Below, in pieces: positions 36,250-48,135 of a stretch of 64,000 nt of DNA (position 1 is its first letter; each line of letters begins with the position of its first letter). The translations under genes were made by a program, and so were the position numbers. The notes under the pieces are model-generated. The model saw only the letters and a program-made list of their open reading frames with translations. It ran no database searches and was not told the DNA's origin. The stretch is from Eledone cirrhosa (Eukaryota): the NCBI GenBank assembly GCA_964016885.1, contig OZ024741.1, positions 75,950,001 through 76,014,000 of the forward strand. The letters are read 5' to 3'.

Positions 36250-39200
36250 GTTCAGACTGTGGCCGCACCATAGCTATGTACAGCTTTAAATAGATAGCTG
36301 GAGAGTGGCTGACAAAGGTCTTGCTGAGTGATGCTAAGACACCCTCGGCCTTCTTGACAATTTTAGAGACGTGCTTCGTCCAACGCAAATCGCTGCTGAC
36401 CGTAATGCCCAGGTCACGTTCACAAGAAGACTTCTTGATATTAGTGTTGTGGAGGGAGTATGTGGACGCTGGGTTTTTACTCCCAAAATGCATGGTGGTG
36501 CACTTGTCCACAGCTAGCTTGAGTTTCCAGTCTGTGATCCATTGTTGCATTGTGTCCAGATCAGATTGCAGGCAAGATTTATAGTGTTCAAGATCTGTCC
36601 TTTTTATCTCAAGGTACAGCTTGATGTCATCTGCATATTTCAGTACTGTGGCATTCTTTAAGTTGGCATCTATGTCATTAATATATGCCACAAACAAGAG
36701 GGGGCCAAGAACAGATCCCTGTGGTACACCAGATGACATCTCATGCGGTGAGGAATGCTGTCCTAGAACCGTGACTACCTCTCTTCGACTGAGAATGAAG
36801 GACTTCAACCAGTTAAAAAGATCATCCTTCACACTCATTGCAGAGAGTTTTGCCATAAGTCTTTTGTGTGGCACAGAATTGAAAGCTTTAGCAAAGTCAA
36901 GGTAAACAACATCCACCCATGAGCCGCCATCAGTGATCTGGGTGATGTCTTCAAGAAACTCGATCAGTTGATCACAGCAGCTGGAGTTAGGGATAAATCC
37001 AAATTGCGAGGGCCGGATAAGACTGTGAGAGTTCCAGAAGTTCCAAAGCATTTCTCTGATACAGGATTCCATCAGTTTGGCAATGCAGCTAATAACACTG
37101 ACTGGATGATAGTTCACAGTGATGTGCGGTCACCCTTTTTGAACAGACGAATGACACTGGCAGTTTTCCACTGTTCTGGAGTAGCACCGTTGTTCAGACA
37201 GAATTGGAAGAAGCATGATAGCTGGTGCAGAAGGAAGTACCTACCACGTTTAAGAAGCAGGTACGTAACACCATCAAAACCAGGAGGGGCATGATTGCAT
37301 TTATTTTTGAGGTGACGTCGCAGCATTGCAGGTGTAAATTCCATAGTTGTAATAGAATCCGATGTCATAGGTGGTGGAGACGGTACATTCTGGTCTTCAA
37401 TAGTGAAAATGCCTGCATAGCATTCAGCAATGAGCTCTGCGCATTCCTTGGGGTCGTCAGTAACCTGGCTTGTGTGGGGATTGTGAAGAGAACAACTGGA
37501 GAGTGAGGCTTCTGCTTTGAGTGAACATACTTCCAGAACACCTTACTCTCAAGGCTGGTTGCTATGCGCTGCTCAAATTGAAGTACTGCCTTTTTTGTCA
37601 CCTGTTTGAGATGGTTGGATGATTTATTTCGCTTCTTCCTATTGATATCTGATTTGTGCAGTTTGTACTCACGTTCAGCATTACAACGTCTTTCCTGGCA
37701 AGACGGACTGCTGCAGTCTCCCAAATTGCACTTTTGGGATGTTTTTCTGCTTACGTGGCACCGATGCTGCACATGCTGTCCATATTGAGCTCAAGGTGTA
37801 CTGGGGTACAGTTTTGACATCTCCAGAGTCGTAGAACTCAATCCAGTTTGGCCGTTGCAACTCGGTGCAGTAACAGTTCCAGTCTGCTTTATTCCAGTCT
37901 AAGTGAGCAGTTTGGAGATGGTTGTGGCTCTTGTTACTGGCCTTGAGGGATAGATTGGCAATGATCATAGCATGATCAGAGGCTTCAGTAGTCACACTAA
38001 TAACCATTTCAGGAGTAGTGGTTTCAGGAGTGGTGGTTTCAGGAGTGGTGGTTTCAGGAGTAGTGGTTTCAGGGGTAGTGGTTTCAGGAGTAGCTGTTTC
38101 AGGGGTAGTGGTTTCAGGGGTAGTGGTTTCAGGGGTAGTGGTTTCAGGGGTAGTGGTTTCAGGGGTAGTGGTTTCAGGGGTAGTGGTTTCGGGGGTAGTG
38201 GTTTCAGGAGTAGTGGTTTCAGGGGTAGTGGTTTCAGGAGTAGTGGTTTCAGGAGTAGTGGTTTCAGGGGTAGTGGTTTCAGGAGTAGTGGTTTCAGGAG
38301 TAGTGGTTTCAGGAGTAGTGGTTTCAGGGGTAGTGGTTTCAGGAGTATTGGTTTCAGGAGTGGTGGTTTCAGGGGTAGTGGTTTCAGGAGTGGTGGTTTC
38401 AGGGGTAGTGGTTTCAGGAGTGGTGGTTTCAGGGGTAGTGGTTTCAGGGGTAGTGGTTTCAGGGGTAGTGGTTTCAGGAGTAGTGGTTTCAGGAGTAGTG
38501 GTTACAGGGGTAGTGGTTTCAGGAGTAGTGGTTTCAGGGGTAGTGGTTTCAGGGGTAGTGGTTTTAGGAGTAGTGGTTTCAGGGGTAGTGGTTTCAGGGG
38601 TAGTGGTTTTAGGAGTAGTGTTTTCAGGGGTAGTGGTTTCAGGAGTAGTGGTTTCAGGGGTAGTGGTTTAAGAAGTGGTGGTTTCAGGGGTACTGGTTTT
38701 AGGGGTAGTGGTTTCAGGGGTAGTTGTTTCAGGGGAAGTGGTTTCAGGGGTAGTGGTTTCAGGAGTAGTGGTTTCAGGGGTAGTGGTTTCAGGGGTAGTG
38801 GTTTCAGGAGTAGTGGTTTCAGAAGTAGTGGTTTCAGGGGTAGTGGTTTCAGGGGTAATGGTTTCAGGAGTGGTGGTTTCAGGAGTAGTGGTTTCAGGGG
38901 TAGTGGTTTCAGGGGTAGTGGTTTCAGGAGTGGTGGTTTCAGGGGTAGTGGTTTCAGGGGTAGTGGTTTCAGGGGTAGTGGTTTCAGGAGTAGTGGTTTC
39001 AGGGGTAGTGGTTTCAGGAGTGGTGGTTTCAGGGGTAGTGGTTTCAGGGGTAGTGGTTTCAGGGGTGGTGGTTTCAGGGGTAGTGGTTTCAGGGGTAGTG
39101 GTTTCAGGGGTAGTGGTTTCAGGGGTAGTGGTTTCAGGAGTATTGGTTTCAGGGGTAGTGGTTTCAGGAGTAGTGGTTTCAGGGGTAGTGGTTTCAGGAG

Positions 39201-42200
39201 TAGTGGTTTCAGGAGTAGTGGTTTCAGGGGTAGTGGTTTCAGGAGTGGTGGTTTCAGGGGTAGTGGTTTCAGGGGTAGTGGTTTCAGGGGTAGTGGTTTC
39301 AGGAGTAGTGGTTTCAGGGGTAGTGGTTTCAGGAGTGGTGGTTTCAGGGGTAGTGGTTTCAGGGGTAGTGGTTTCAGGGGTGGTGGTTTCAGGGGTAGTG
39401 GTTTCAGGGGTAGTGGTTTCAGGAGTAGTGGTTTCAGGAGTAGTGGTTTCAGGGGTAGTGGTTTCAGGAGTGGTGGTTTCAGGGGTAGTGGTTTCAGGGG
39501 TAGTGGTTTCAGGGGTGGTGGTTTCAGGGGTAGTGGTTTCAGGGGTAGTGGTTTCAGGGGTAGTGGTTTCAGGAGTAGTGGTTTCAGGGGTAGTGGTTTC
39601 AGGAGTAGTGGTTTCAGGAGTAGTGGTTTCAGGGGTAGTGGTTTCAGGAGTGGTGGTTTCAGGGGTAGTGGTTTCAGGAGTAGTTGTTTCAGGAGTAGTG
39701 GTTTCAGGAGTAGTGGTTTCAGGAGTAGTGGTTTCAGGGGTAGTGCTTTCAGGAGTGGTGGTTTCAGGGGTAGTGGTTTCAAGAGTAGTGGTTTCAGGAG
39801 TAGTGGTTTCAGGGTAGTGGTTTCAGGGGTAGTGGTTTCAGGAGTGGTGGTTTCAGGGGTAGTGGTTTCAGGAGTTGTGGTTTCAGGAGTAGTGGTTTCA
39901 GGGGTAGTGGTTTCAGGGGTAGTGGTTTCAGGAGTAGTGGTTTCAGGGGTAGTGGTTTCAGGAGTTGTGGTTTCAGGAGTAGTGGTTTCAGGGGTAGTGG
40001 TTTCAGGGGTAGTGGTTTCAGGAGTAGTGGTTTCAGGGGTAGTGGTTTCAGGAGTAGGGGTTTCAGGGGTAGTGGTTTCAGGGGTAGTGGTTTCAGGGGT
40101 AGTCGTTTCAGGGGTAGTGGTTTTAGGAGTAGTGGTTTCAGGGGTAGTGGTTTCAGGAGTAGTGGTTTCAGGGGTAGTGGTTTCAGGGGTAGTGGTTTCA
40201 GGGGTAGTGGTTTCAGGAGTAGTGGTTTCAGGGGTAGTGGTTTCAGGGGTAGTGGTTTCAGGGGTAGTGGTTTCAGGAGTAGTGGTTTCAGGAGTAGTAG
40301 TTTCAGGGGTAGTGGTTTCAGGGGTAGTGGTTTCAGGGGTAGTGGTTTCAGGAGTAGTGGTTTCAGGAGTAGTGGTTTCAGGGGTAGTGGTTTCAGGGGT
40401 AGTGGTTTCAGGGGTACTGGTTTCAGGGGTGGTGGTTTCAGGGGTAGTGGTTTCAGGGGTAGTGGTTTCAGGGGTAGTGGTTTCAGGAGTGGTGGTTTCA
40501 GGGGTAGTGGTTTCAGGAGTAGTGGTTTCAGGGGTAGTGGTTTCAGGGGTAGTGGTTTCAGGAGTGGTGGTTTCAGGGGTAGTGGTTTCAGGAGTAGTGG
40601 TTTCAGGAGTAGTGGTTTCAGGGGTAGTGCTTTCAGGAGTAGTGGTTTCAGGGGTAGTGATTTCAGGAGTAGTGGTTTCAGGAGTAGTGGTTTCAGGGGT
40701 AGTGGTTTCAGTGGTAGTGGTTTCAGGAGTGGTGGTTTCAGGGGTAGTGGTTTCAGGAGTAGTGGTTTCAGGAGTAGTGGTTTCAGGGGTGGTGGTTTCA
40801 GGGGTAGTGGTTTCAGGAGTAGTGGTTTCAGGTGTAGTGGTTTAAGGTGTAGTGGTTTCAGGGGTAGTGGTTTCAGGGGTGGTGGTTTCAGGGGTAGTGG
40901 TTTCAGGAGTAGTGGTTTCAGGAGTAGTGGTTTCAGGGGTAGTGGTTTCAGGAGTGGTGGTTTCAGGGGTAGTGGTTTCAGGGGTAGTGGTTTCAGGGGT
41001 GGTGGTTTCAGGGGTAGTGGTTTCAGGGGTAGTGGTTTCAGGGGTAGTGGTTTCAGGAGTAGTGGTTTCAGGGGTAGTGGTTTCAGGAGTAGTGGTTTCA
41101 GGAGTAGTGGTTTCAGGGGTAGTGGTTTCAGGAGTGGTGGTTTCAGGGGTAGTGGTTTCAGGAGTAGTTGTTTCAGGAGTAGTGGTTTCAGGAGTAGTGG
41201 TTTCAGGAGTAGTGGTTTCAGGGGTAGTGCTTTCAGGAGTGGTGGTTTCAGGGGTAGTGGTTTCAAGAGTAGTGGTTTCAGGAGTAGTGGTTTCAGGGTA
41301 GTGGTTTCAGGGGTAGTGGTTTCAGGAGTGGTGGTTTCAGGGGTAGTGGTTTCAGGAGTTGTGGTTTCAGGAGTAGTGGTTTCAGGGGTAGTGGTTTCAG
41401 GGGTAGTGGTTTCAGGAGTAGTGTTTTCAGGGGTAGTGGTTTCAGGAGTTGTGGTTTCAGGAGTAGTGGTTTCAGGGGTAGTGGTTTCAGGGGTAGTGGT
41501 TTCAGGAGTAGTGGTTTCAGGGGTAGTGGTTTCAGGAGTAGGGGTTTCAGGGGTAGTGGTTTCAGGGGTAGTGGTTTCAGGGGTAGTCGTTTCAGGGGTA
41601 GTGGTTTTAGGAGTAGTGGTTTCAGGGGTAGTGGTTTCAGGAGTAGTGGTTTCAGGGGTAGTGGTTTCAGGGGTAGTGGTTTCAGGGGTAGTGGTTTCAG
41701 GAGTAGTGGTTTCAGGGGTAGTGGTTTCAGGGGTAGTGGTTTCAGGGGTAGTGGTTTCAGGAGTAGTGGTTTCAGGAGTAGTAGTTTCAGGGGTAGTGGT
41801 TTCAGGGGTAGTGGTTTCAGGGGTAGTGGTTTCAGGAGTAGTGGTTTCAGGAGTAGTGGTTTCAGGGGTAGTGGTTTCAGGGGTAGTGGTTTCAGGGGTA
41901 CTGGTTTCAGGGGTGGTGGTTTCAGGGGTAGTGGTTTCAGGGGTAGTGGTTTCAGGGGTAGTGGTTTCAGGAGTGGTGGTTTCAGGGGTAGTGGTTTCAG
42001 GAGTAGTGGTTTCAGGGGTAGTGGTTTCAGGGGTAGTGGTTTCAGGAGTGGTGGTTTCAGGGGTAGTGGTTTCAGGAGTAGTGGTTTCAGGAGTAGTGGT
42101 TTCAGGGGTAGTGCTTTCAGGAGTAGTGGTTTCAGGGGTAGTGATTTCAGGAGTAGTGGTTTCAGGAGTAGTGGTTTCAGGGGTAGTGGTTTCAGTGGTA

Positions 42201-45200
42201 GTGGTTTCAGGAGTGGTGGTTTCAGGGGTAGTGGTTTCAGGAGTAGTGGTTTCAGGAGTAGTGGTTTCAGGGGTGGTGGTTTCAGGGGTAGTGGTTTCAG
42301 GAGTAGTGGTTTCAGGTGTAGTGGTTTAAGGTGTAGTGGTTTCAGGGGTAGTGGTTTCAGGGGTGGTGGTTTCAGGAGTAGTGGTTTCAGGAGTAGTGGT
42401 TTCAGGGGTGGTGGTTTCAGGGGTAGTGGTTTCAGGAGTAGTGGTTTCAGGTGTAGTGGTTTAAGGTGTAGTGGTTTCAGGGGTAGTGGTTTCAGGGGTG
42501 GTGGTTTCAGGAGCAGTGACTTCAGGGGTAGTGGTTTCAGGGGTAGTGGTTTCAGGAGTAGTGGTTTCAGGGGTAGTGGTTTCAGGAGTAGTGGTTTCAG
42601 GGGTAGTGGTTTCAGGGGTAGTGGTTTCAGGGGTAGTGGTTTCAGGAGTAGTGGTTTCAGGGGTAGTGGTTTCAGGGGTAGTGGTTTCAGGAGTAGTGGT
42701 TTCAGGAGTAGTGATTTCAGGAGTAGTGGTTTCAAGAGTAGTGGTTTCAGGAGTAGTGGTTTCAGGGGTAGTGGTTTCAGGTGTAGTGGTTTAAGGTGTA
42801 GTGGTTTCAGGGGTAGTGGTTTCAGGGGTGGTGGTTTCAGGGGTAGTGGTTTCAGGGGTAGTGGTTTCAGGGGTAGTGGTTTTAGGAGTAGTGGTTTCAG
42901 GGGTAGTGGTTTCAGGAGTAGTGGTTTCAGGGGTAGTGGTTTAAGAAGTGGTGGTTTCAGGGGTACTGGTTTTAGGGGTAGTGGTTTCAGGGGTAGTTGT
43001 TTCAGGGGAAGTGGTTTCAGGGGTAGTGGTTTCAGGAGTAGTGGTTTCAGGGGTAGTGGTTTCAGGGGTAGTGGTTTCAGGGGTAGTGGTTTCAGGGGTA
43101 GTGGTTTCAGGGGTAGTGGTTTCAGGGGTAGTGGTTTCAGGGGTGGTGGTTTCAGGGGTAGTGGTTTCAGGGGTAGTGGTTTCAGGGGTAGTGGTTTTAG
43201 GTGTAGTGGTTTCAGGGGTAGTGGTTTCAGGAGTAGTGGTTTTAGGGGTAGTGGTTTCAGGAGTGGTGGTTTCAGGGGTAGTGGTTTCAGGGGTAGTGGT
43301 TTCAGGGGTAGTGGTTTCAGGGGTAGTGGTTTCAGGAATGGTGGTTTCAGGGTTAGTGGTTTCAGGAGTAGTGGTTTCAGGAGTAGTGGTTTCAGGAGTA
43401 GTGGTTTCAGGGGTAGTGGTTTCAGGAGTAGTGGTTTCAGGAGTAGTGGTTTCAGGGATAGTGTTTTCAGGAGTAGTGGTTTCAGGAGTAGTGGTTTCAC
43501 GGGTAGTGGTTTCAGGGGTAGTGGTTTCAGGAGTAGTGGTTTCAGGGGTAGTGGTTTGAGGGGTAGTGGTTTCAGGGGTAGTGGTTTCAGGAGTGGTGGT
43601 TTCAGGAGTGGTGGTTTCAGGGGTAGTGGTTTCAGGGGTAGTGGTTTTAGGAGTAGTGGTTTCAGGGGTAGTGGTTTCAGGGGTAGTGGTTTCAGGAGTA
43701 TTGGTTTCAGGGGTAGTGGTTTCAGGAGTAGTGGTTTCAGGGGTAGTGGTTTCAGGGGTAGTGGTTTAAGGGGTAGTGGTTTCAGGAGTAGTGGTTTCAG
43801 GGGTAGTGGTTTCAGGGGTAGTGGTTTCAGGGGTAGTGGTTTCAGGAGTAGTGGTTTCAGGGGTAGTGGTTTCAGGAGTAGTGGTTTCAGGGGTAGTGGT
43901 TTCAGGGGTAGTGGTTTCAGGGGTAGTGGTTTCAGGGGTAGTGGTTTCAGGGGTAGTGGTTTCAGGGGTAGTGGTTTCAAGAGTAGTGGTTTCAGGGGTA
44001 GTGGTTTCAGGAGTAGTGGTTTCAGGGGTAGTGGTTTCAGGAGTAGTGGTTTCAGGGGTAGTGGTTTCAGGAGTAGTGGTTTCATGGGTAGTGGTTTCAG
44101 GGGTAGTGGTTTCAGGGGTAGTGGTTTCAGGGGTAGTGGTTTAAGGTGTAGTGGTTTCAGGGGTAGTGGTTTCAGGGGTGGTGGTTTCAGGGGTAGTGGT
44201 TTCAGGGGTAGTGGTTTCAGGGGTAGTGGTTTTAGGAGTAGTGTTTTCAGGGGTAGTGGTTTCAGGAGTAGTGGTTTCAGGGGTAGTGGTTTAAGAAGTG
44301 GTGGTTTCAGGGGTACTGGTTTTAGGGGTAGTGGTTTCAGGGGTAGTTGTTTCAGGGGAAGTGGTTTCAGGGGTAGTGGTTTCAGGAGTAGTGGTTTCAG
44401 GGGTAGTGGTTTCAGGGGTAGTGGTTTCAGGAGTAGTGGTTTCAGAAGTAGTGGTTTCAGGGGTAGTGGTTTCAGGGGTAATGGTTTCAGGAGTGGTGGT
44501 TTCAGGAGTAGTGGTTTCATGGGTAGTGGTTTCAGGGGTAGTGGTTTCAGGAGTATTGGTTTCAGGGGTAGTGGTTTCAGGAGTAGTGGTTTCAGGGGTA
44601 GTGGTTTCAGGGGTAGTGGTTTCAGGAGTATTGGTTTCAGCGGTAGTGGTTTCAGGAGTAGTGGTTTCAGGGGTAGTGGTTTCAGGAGTAGTGGTTTCAG
44701 GAGTAGTGGTTTCAGAGGTAGTGGTTTCAGGGGTAGTGGTTTCAGGGGTAGTGGTTTCAGGGGTAGTGGTTTTAGGGGTAGAGGTTTCAGGAGTAGTGGT
44801 TTCAGGAGTAGTGGTTTCGGGGTAGTGGTTTCAGGAGTAGTGGTTTTAGGAGTAATGGTTTCAGGGGTAGTGGTTTCAGGGGTAGTGGTTTCAGGGGTAA
44901 TGGTTTCAGGAGTAGTGGTTTCAGGGGTAGTGGTTTTAGGGGTAGTGGTTTCAGGAGTGGTGGTTTCAGGGGTAGTGGTTTCAGGGGTAGTGGTTTCAGG
45001 AGTAGTGGTTTCAGGGGTAGTGGTTTCAGGAGTAGTGGTTTCAGGAGTAGTGGTTTCAGGGGTAGTGGTTTCAGGGGTAGTGGTTTCAGGAGTAGTGGTT
45101 TCAGAAGTAGTGGTTTCAGGGGTAGTGGTTTCAGGGGTAATGGTTTCAGGAGTGGTGGTTTCAGGAGTGGTGGTTTCAGGAGTAGTGGTTTCAGGGGTAG

Positions 45201-46870
45201 TGGTTTCAGGGGTAGTGGTTTCAGGAGTAGTGGTTTCAGGAGTAGTGGTTTCAGGAGTAGTGGTTTCAGGAGTAGTGGTTTCAGGAGTAGTGGTTTCAGT
45301 GGTAGTGGTATCTGGGGTAGTGGTTTCAGGAGTAGTGGTTTCAGGGGTAGTGGTTTCAGGGGTAGTGGTTTCAGGGGTAGTGGTTTCAGGGGTAGTGGTT
45401 TCAGGAGTAATGGTTTCAGAAGTAGTGGTTTCAGGGGTAGTGGTTTCAGGGGTAGTGGTTTCAGGGGTAGTGGTTTCAGGAGTGGTGGTTTCAGGGGTAG
45501 TGTTTTCAGGGGTAGTGGTTTCAGGGGCAGTGGTTTCAGGAGTAGTGGTTTCAGGAGTAGTGGTTTCAGGAGTAGTGGTTTCAGGAGTAGTGGTTTCAGG
45601 GGTAGTGGTTTCAGGGGTATTGGTTTCAGGGGTAGTGGTTTCAGGGGTAGTGGTTTCAGGGGCAGTGGTTTCAGGAGTAGTGGTTTCAGGGGTAGTGGTT
45701 TCAGGAGTAGTGGTTTCAGGGGTAGTGGTTTCCGGGGTAGTGGTTTCAGGGGTAGTGGTTTCAGGGGTAGTGGTTTCAGGGGTAGTGGTTTCAGGGGTAG
45801 TGGTTTCAGGGGTAGTGGTTTCAGGAGTAGTGGTTTCAGGAGTAGTGGTTTCAGGGGTAGTGGTTTCAGGGGTAGTGGTTTCAGGGGTAGTGGTTTCAGG
45901 GGTAGTGGTTTCAGAGGTAGTGGTTTCAGGAGTAGTGGTTTCAGGAGTAGTGGTTTCAGGAGTAGTGGTTTCAGGGGTAGTGGTTTCAGGGTTAGTGGTT
46001 TCAGGAGTGGTGGTTTCAGGGGTAGTGGTTTCAGGAGTAGTGGTTTCAGGAGTAGTGGTTTCAGGAGTAGTGGTTTCAGGGGTAGTGGTTTCAGGGGTAG
46101 TGGTTTCAGGAGTAGTGGTTTCAGGAGTAGTGGTTTCAGGAGTAGTGGTTTCAGGGGTAGTGGTTTCAGGGGTAGTGGTTTCAGGGGTAGTGGTTTCAGG
46201 AGTAGTGGTTTCAGGGGTAGTGGTTTCAGGGGTAGTGGTTTCAGGAGTAGTGGTTTCAGGAGTAGTGGTTTCAGGAGTAGTGGTTTCAGGGGTAGTGGTT
46301 TCAGGGGTAGTGGTTTCAGGAGTAGTGGTTTCAGGGGTAGTGGTTTCAGGAGTAGTGGTTTCAGGGGTAGTGGTTTCAGGGGTAGTGGTTTCAGGAGTAG
46401 TGGTTTCAGGAGTAGTGGTTTCAGAAGTAGTGGTTTCAGGGGTAGTGGTTTCAGGAGTAGTGGTTTCAGGGGTAGTGATTTCAGGGGTAGTGGTTTCAGG
46501 GGTAGTGGTTTCAGGAGTAGTGGTTTCAGGAGTAGTGGTTTCAGGGGTAGTGGTTTCAGGGGTAGTGGTTTCAGGGGTAGTGGTTTTAGGGGTAGTGGTT
46601 TCAGGAGTAATGGTTTCAGGAGTAGTGGTTTCAGGGGTAGTGGTTTGAGGAGTGGTGGTTTCAGGAGTAGTGGTTTCAGGGGTAGTGGTTTCAGGGGTAG
46701 TGGTTTCAGGGGTAGTGGTTTCAGGGGTAGTGGTTTCAGGAGTAGTGGTTTCAGGAGTAGTGGTGAAGAGTAGGTCCAAAGTGTTGTCACCTCTTGTTGG
46801 GGAGGTGACTACTTGGGACCAGTTCGAGTACAGCACTAGCTCAAGGAAGACATTTGCACATGGCGGCCAA
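36250..46870 (-). mobile_element. CR1-group LINE ORF2 remnant (APE C-terminus + RT), split by an 8.76-kb satellite
   Basis: QVVTSPTRGDNTLDLLFT..SDH (APE); PPGFDG, FKKGDR..NYHPVS, QFGF, YLDFAKAF, GVPQGSVLGP, YADD, ERDLGI; both ends truncated. Confidence 0.92.
38008..46764. repeat. 15-bp tandem satellite (TTCAGGRGTRGTGGT)n, 584 units
   Basis: 8757 bp = 584 x 15 minus three 1-bp deletions (about 39812, 41296, 44819). Confidence 0.98.
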
Positions 46871-47313
46871 TAAAAGGTTTCCCAGTCAATATGTAAGAAC
46901 CTTCATTAATTTGTGTTTCGATAAAGTTAATAATTTTACTAAATTGCTCCAAATTGTTGATGATTTTCAAAATTATTTGAAAATCATAGACAACATATTT
47001 TTTGGTAGAAATATGGAAAGAAATGGGGGTAAATCAACTAGGTCACCTATTTAATGTCATTGTGTTTCACAGCTAGGTTTTAATATATATTTTAATATAA
47101 GGGTGGTGGATTAGCAGAATTGGTAGAATGTTGGATAAAATTCCATTACAGTATTTTTCTGGTTCTTTACTTTCTGAGTTCAAATCCTGCCATGGTCAAC
47201 TTTGCCTTTCATCCTCTTAGGATTGATAATTTATAGTACCTGTGCAGTAGTGGGTTTAATTATTCATCTTTGCTCTTACCCCAAAGTTGCTGACCTTGTG
47301 CCTAAATTAGAAA

Positions 47314-47489
47314 TCTATATATAATATAAAAGAGAGATGTTTCTTGGTTGGTTTAATCACACGAAAATTGCACACACGCATATCTAAAGAGAGAAAGACA
47401 CAGAGGGAGAGGCAGAGTGAAAGAGAGAGATAGGCCGTTATACAGAGAGATACTATTAAAGTGTTAGATATTCAGATAGATAGATAGAA

Positions 47490-47535
<46 letters not shown>

Positions 47536-48135
47536 AGAGAGAGAGAGAATAGCAATGAACGCTGGTTTACACACAAACACACACATCTATATATCTGTTA
47601 GAACACGAAAAGTGTGAAACAACAGAATGTTCACTTTTCGTGTTCTAACATATATGCGTAGCTTCTTAAAAAATTTTTCGGGGATAGCCGTGGTGGTGGT
47701 GATCGTATGTCATTGGCTAATTTTCAACCAATCAGAGTACCTCTCTCTATATCTCTTCCACTGTTACTTACGCCTGTTTCTCTCTATCTGTTCCGTCTCT
47801 ATATATATCTCTTACTCTTTCGCTTTGCACTCCTCCCCTTCAATACCATCTCTCCCCCTCTCTATATATTTGTTACTCTATCGCTGCACGCTCCTCTCCT
47901 TCAATATATCAATTACACACGCTTTACACTCCTTTATCCCCAGCGCCCCTATATATACACCCCCCCTCTCCCGCATCTATATTTTAATGTACCGTTGCAC
48001 CGTGAATATATGTGTCTATATATATATACATATATATTGTATATACACATTCATGTATGTGTATACACACTCATGTATGTATATACACTGGTTTTATGTG
48101 TGTATTGTAAATTTGTACTGTTAAAACACGAAACT
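47314..48135 (+). mobile_element. Probable non-autonomous Helitron 5' portion
   Basis: A|TCTATATATAATATAAAA start and (GGTT)n like the other Helitron 5' ends; no 3' hairpin seen. Confidence 0.4.

Noticed and set aside
38008-46764. Possible CRISPR array or telomeric repeat
   Set aside because: No unique spacers, eukaryotic context, and the unit is not TTAGGG and derives from LINE sequence
37972-46873. Very long ORFs (GSGFR, VVSGV, KPLPL repeats; up to 1847 aa)
   Set aside because: Arithmetic by-product of a stop-free 15-bp unit read in all frames; not called as genes
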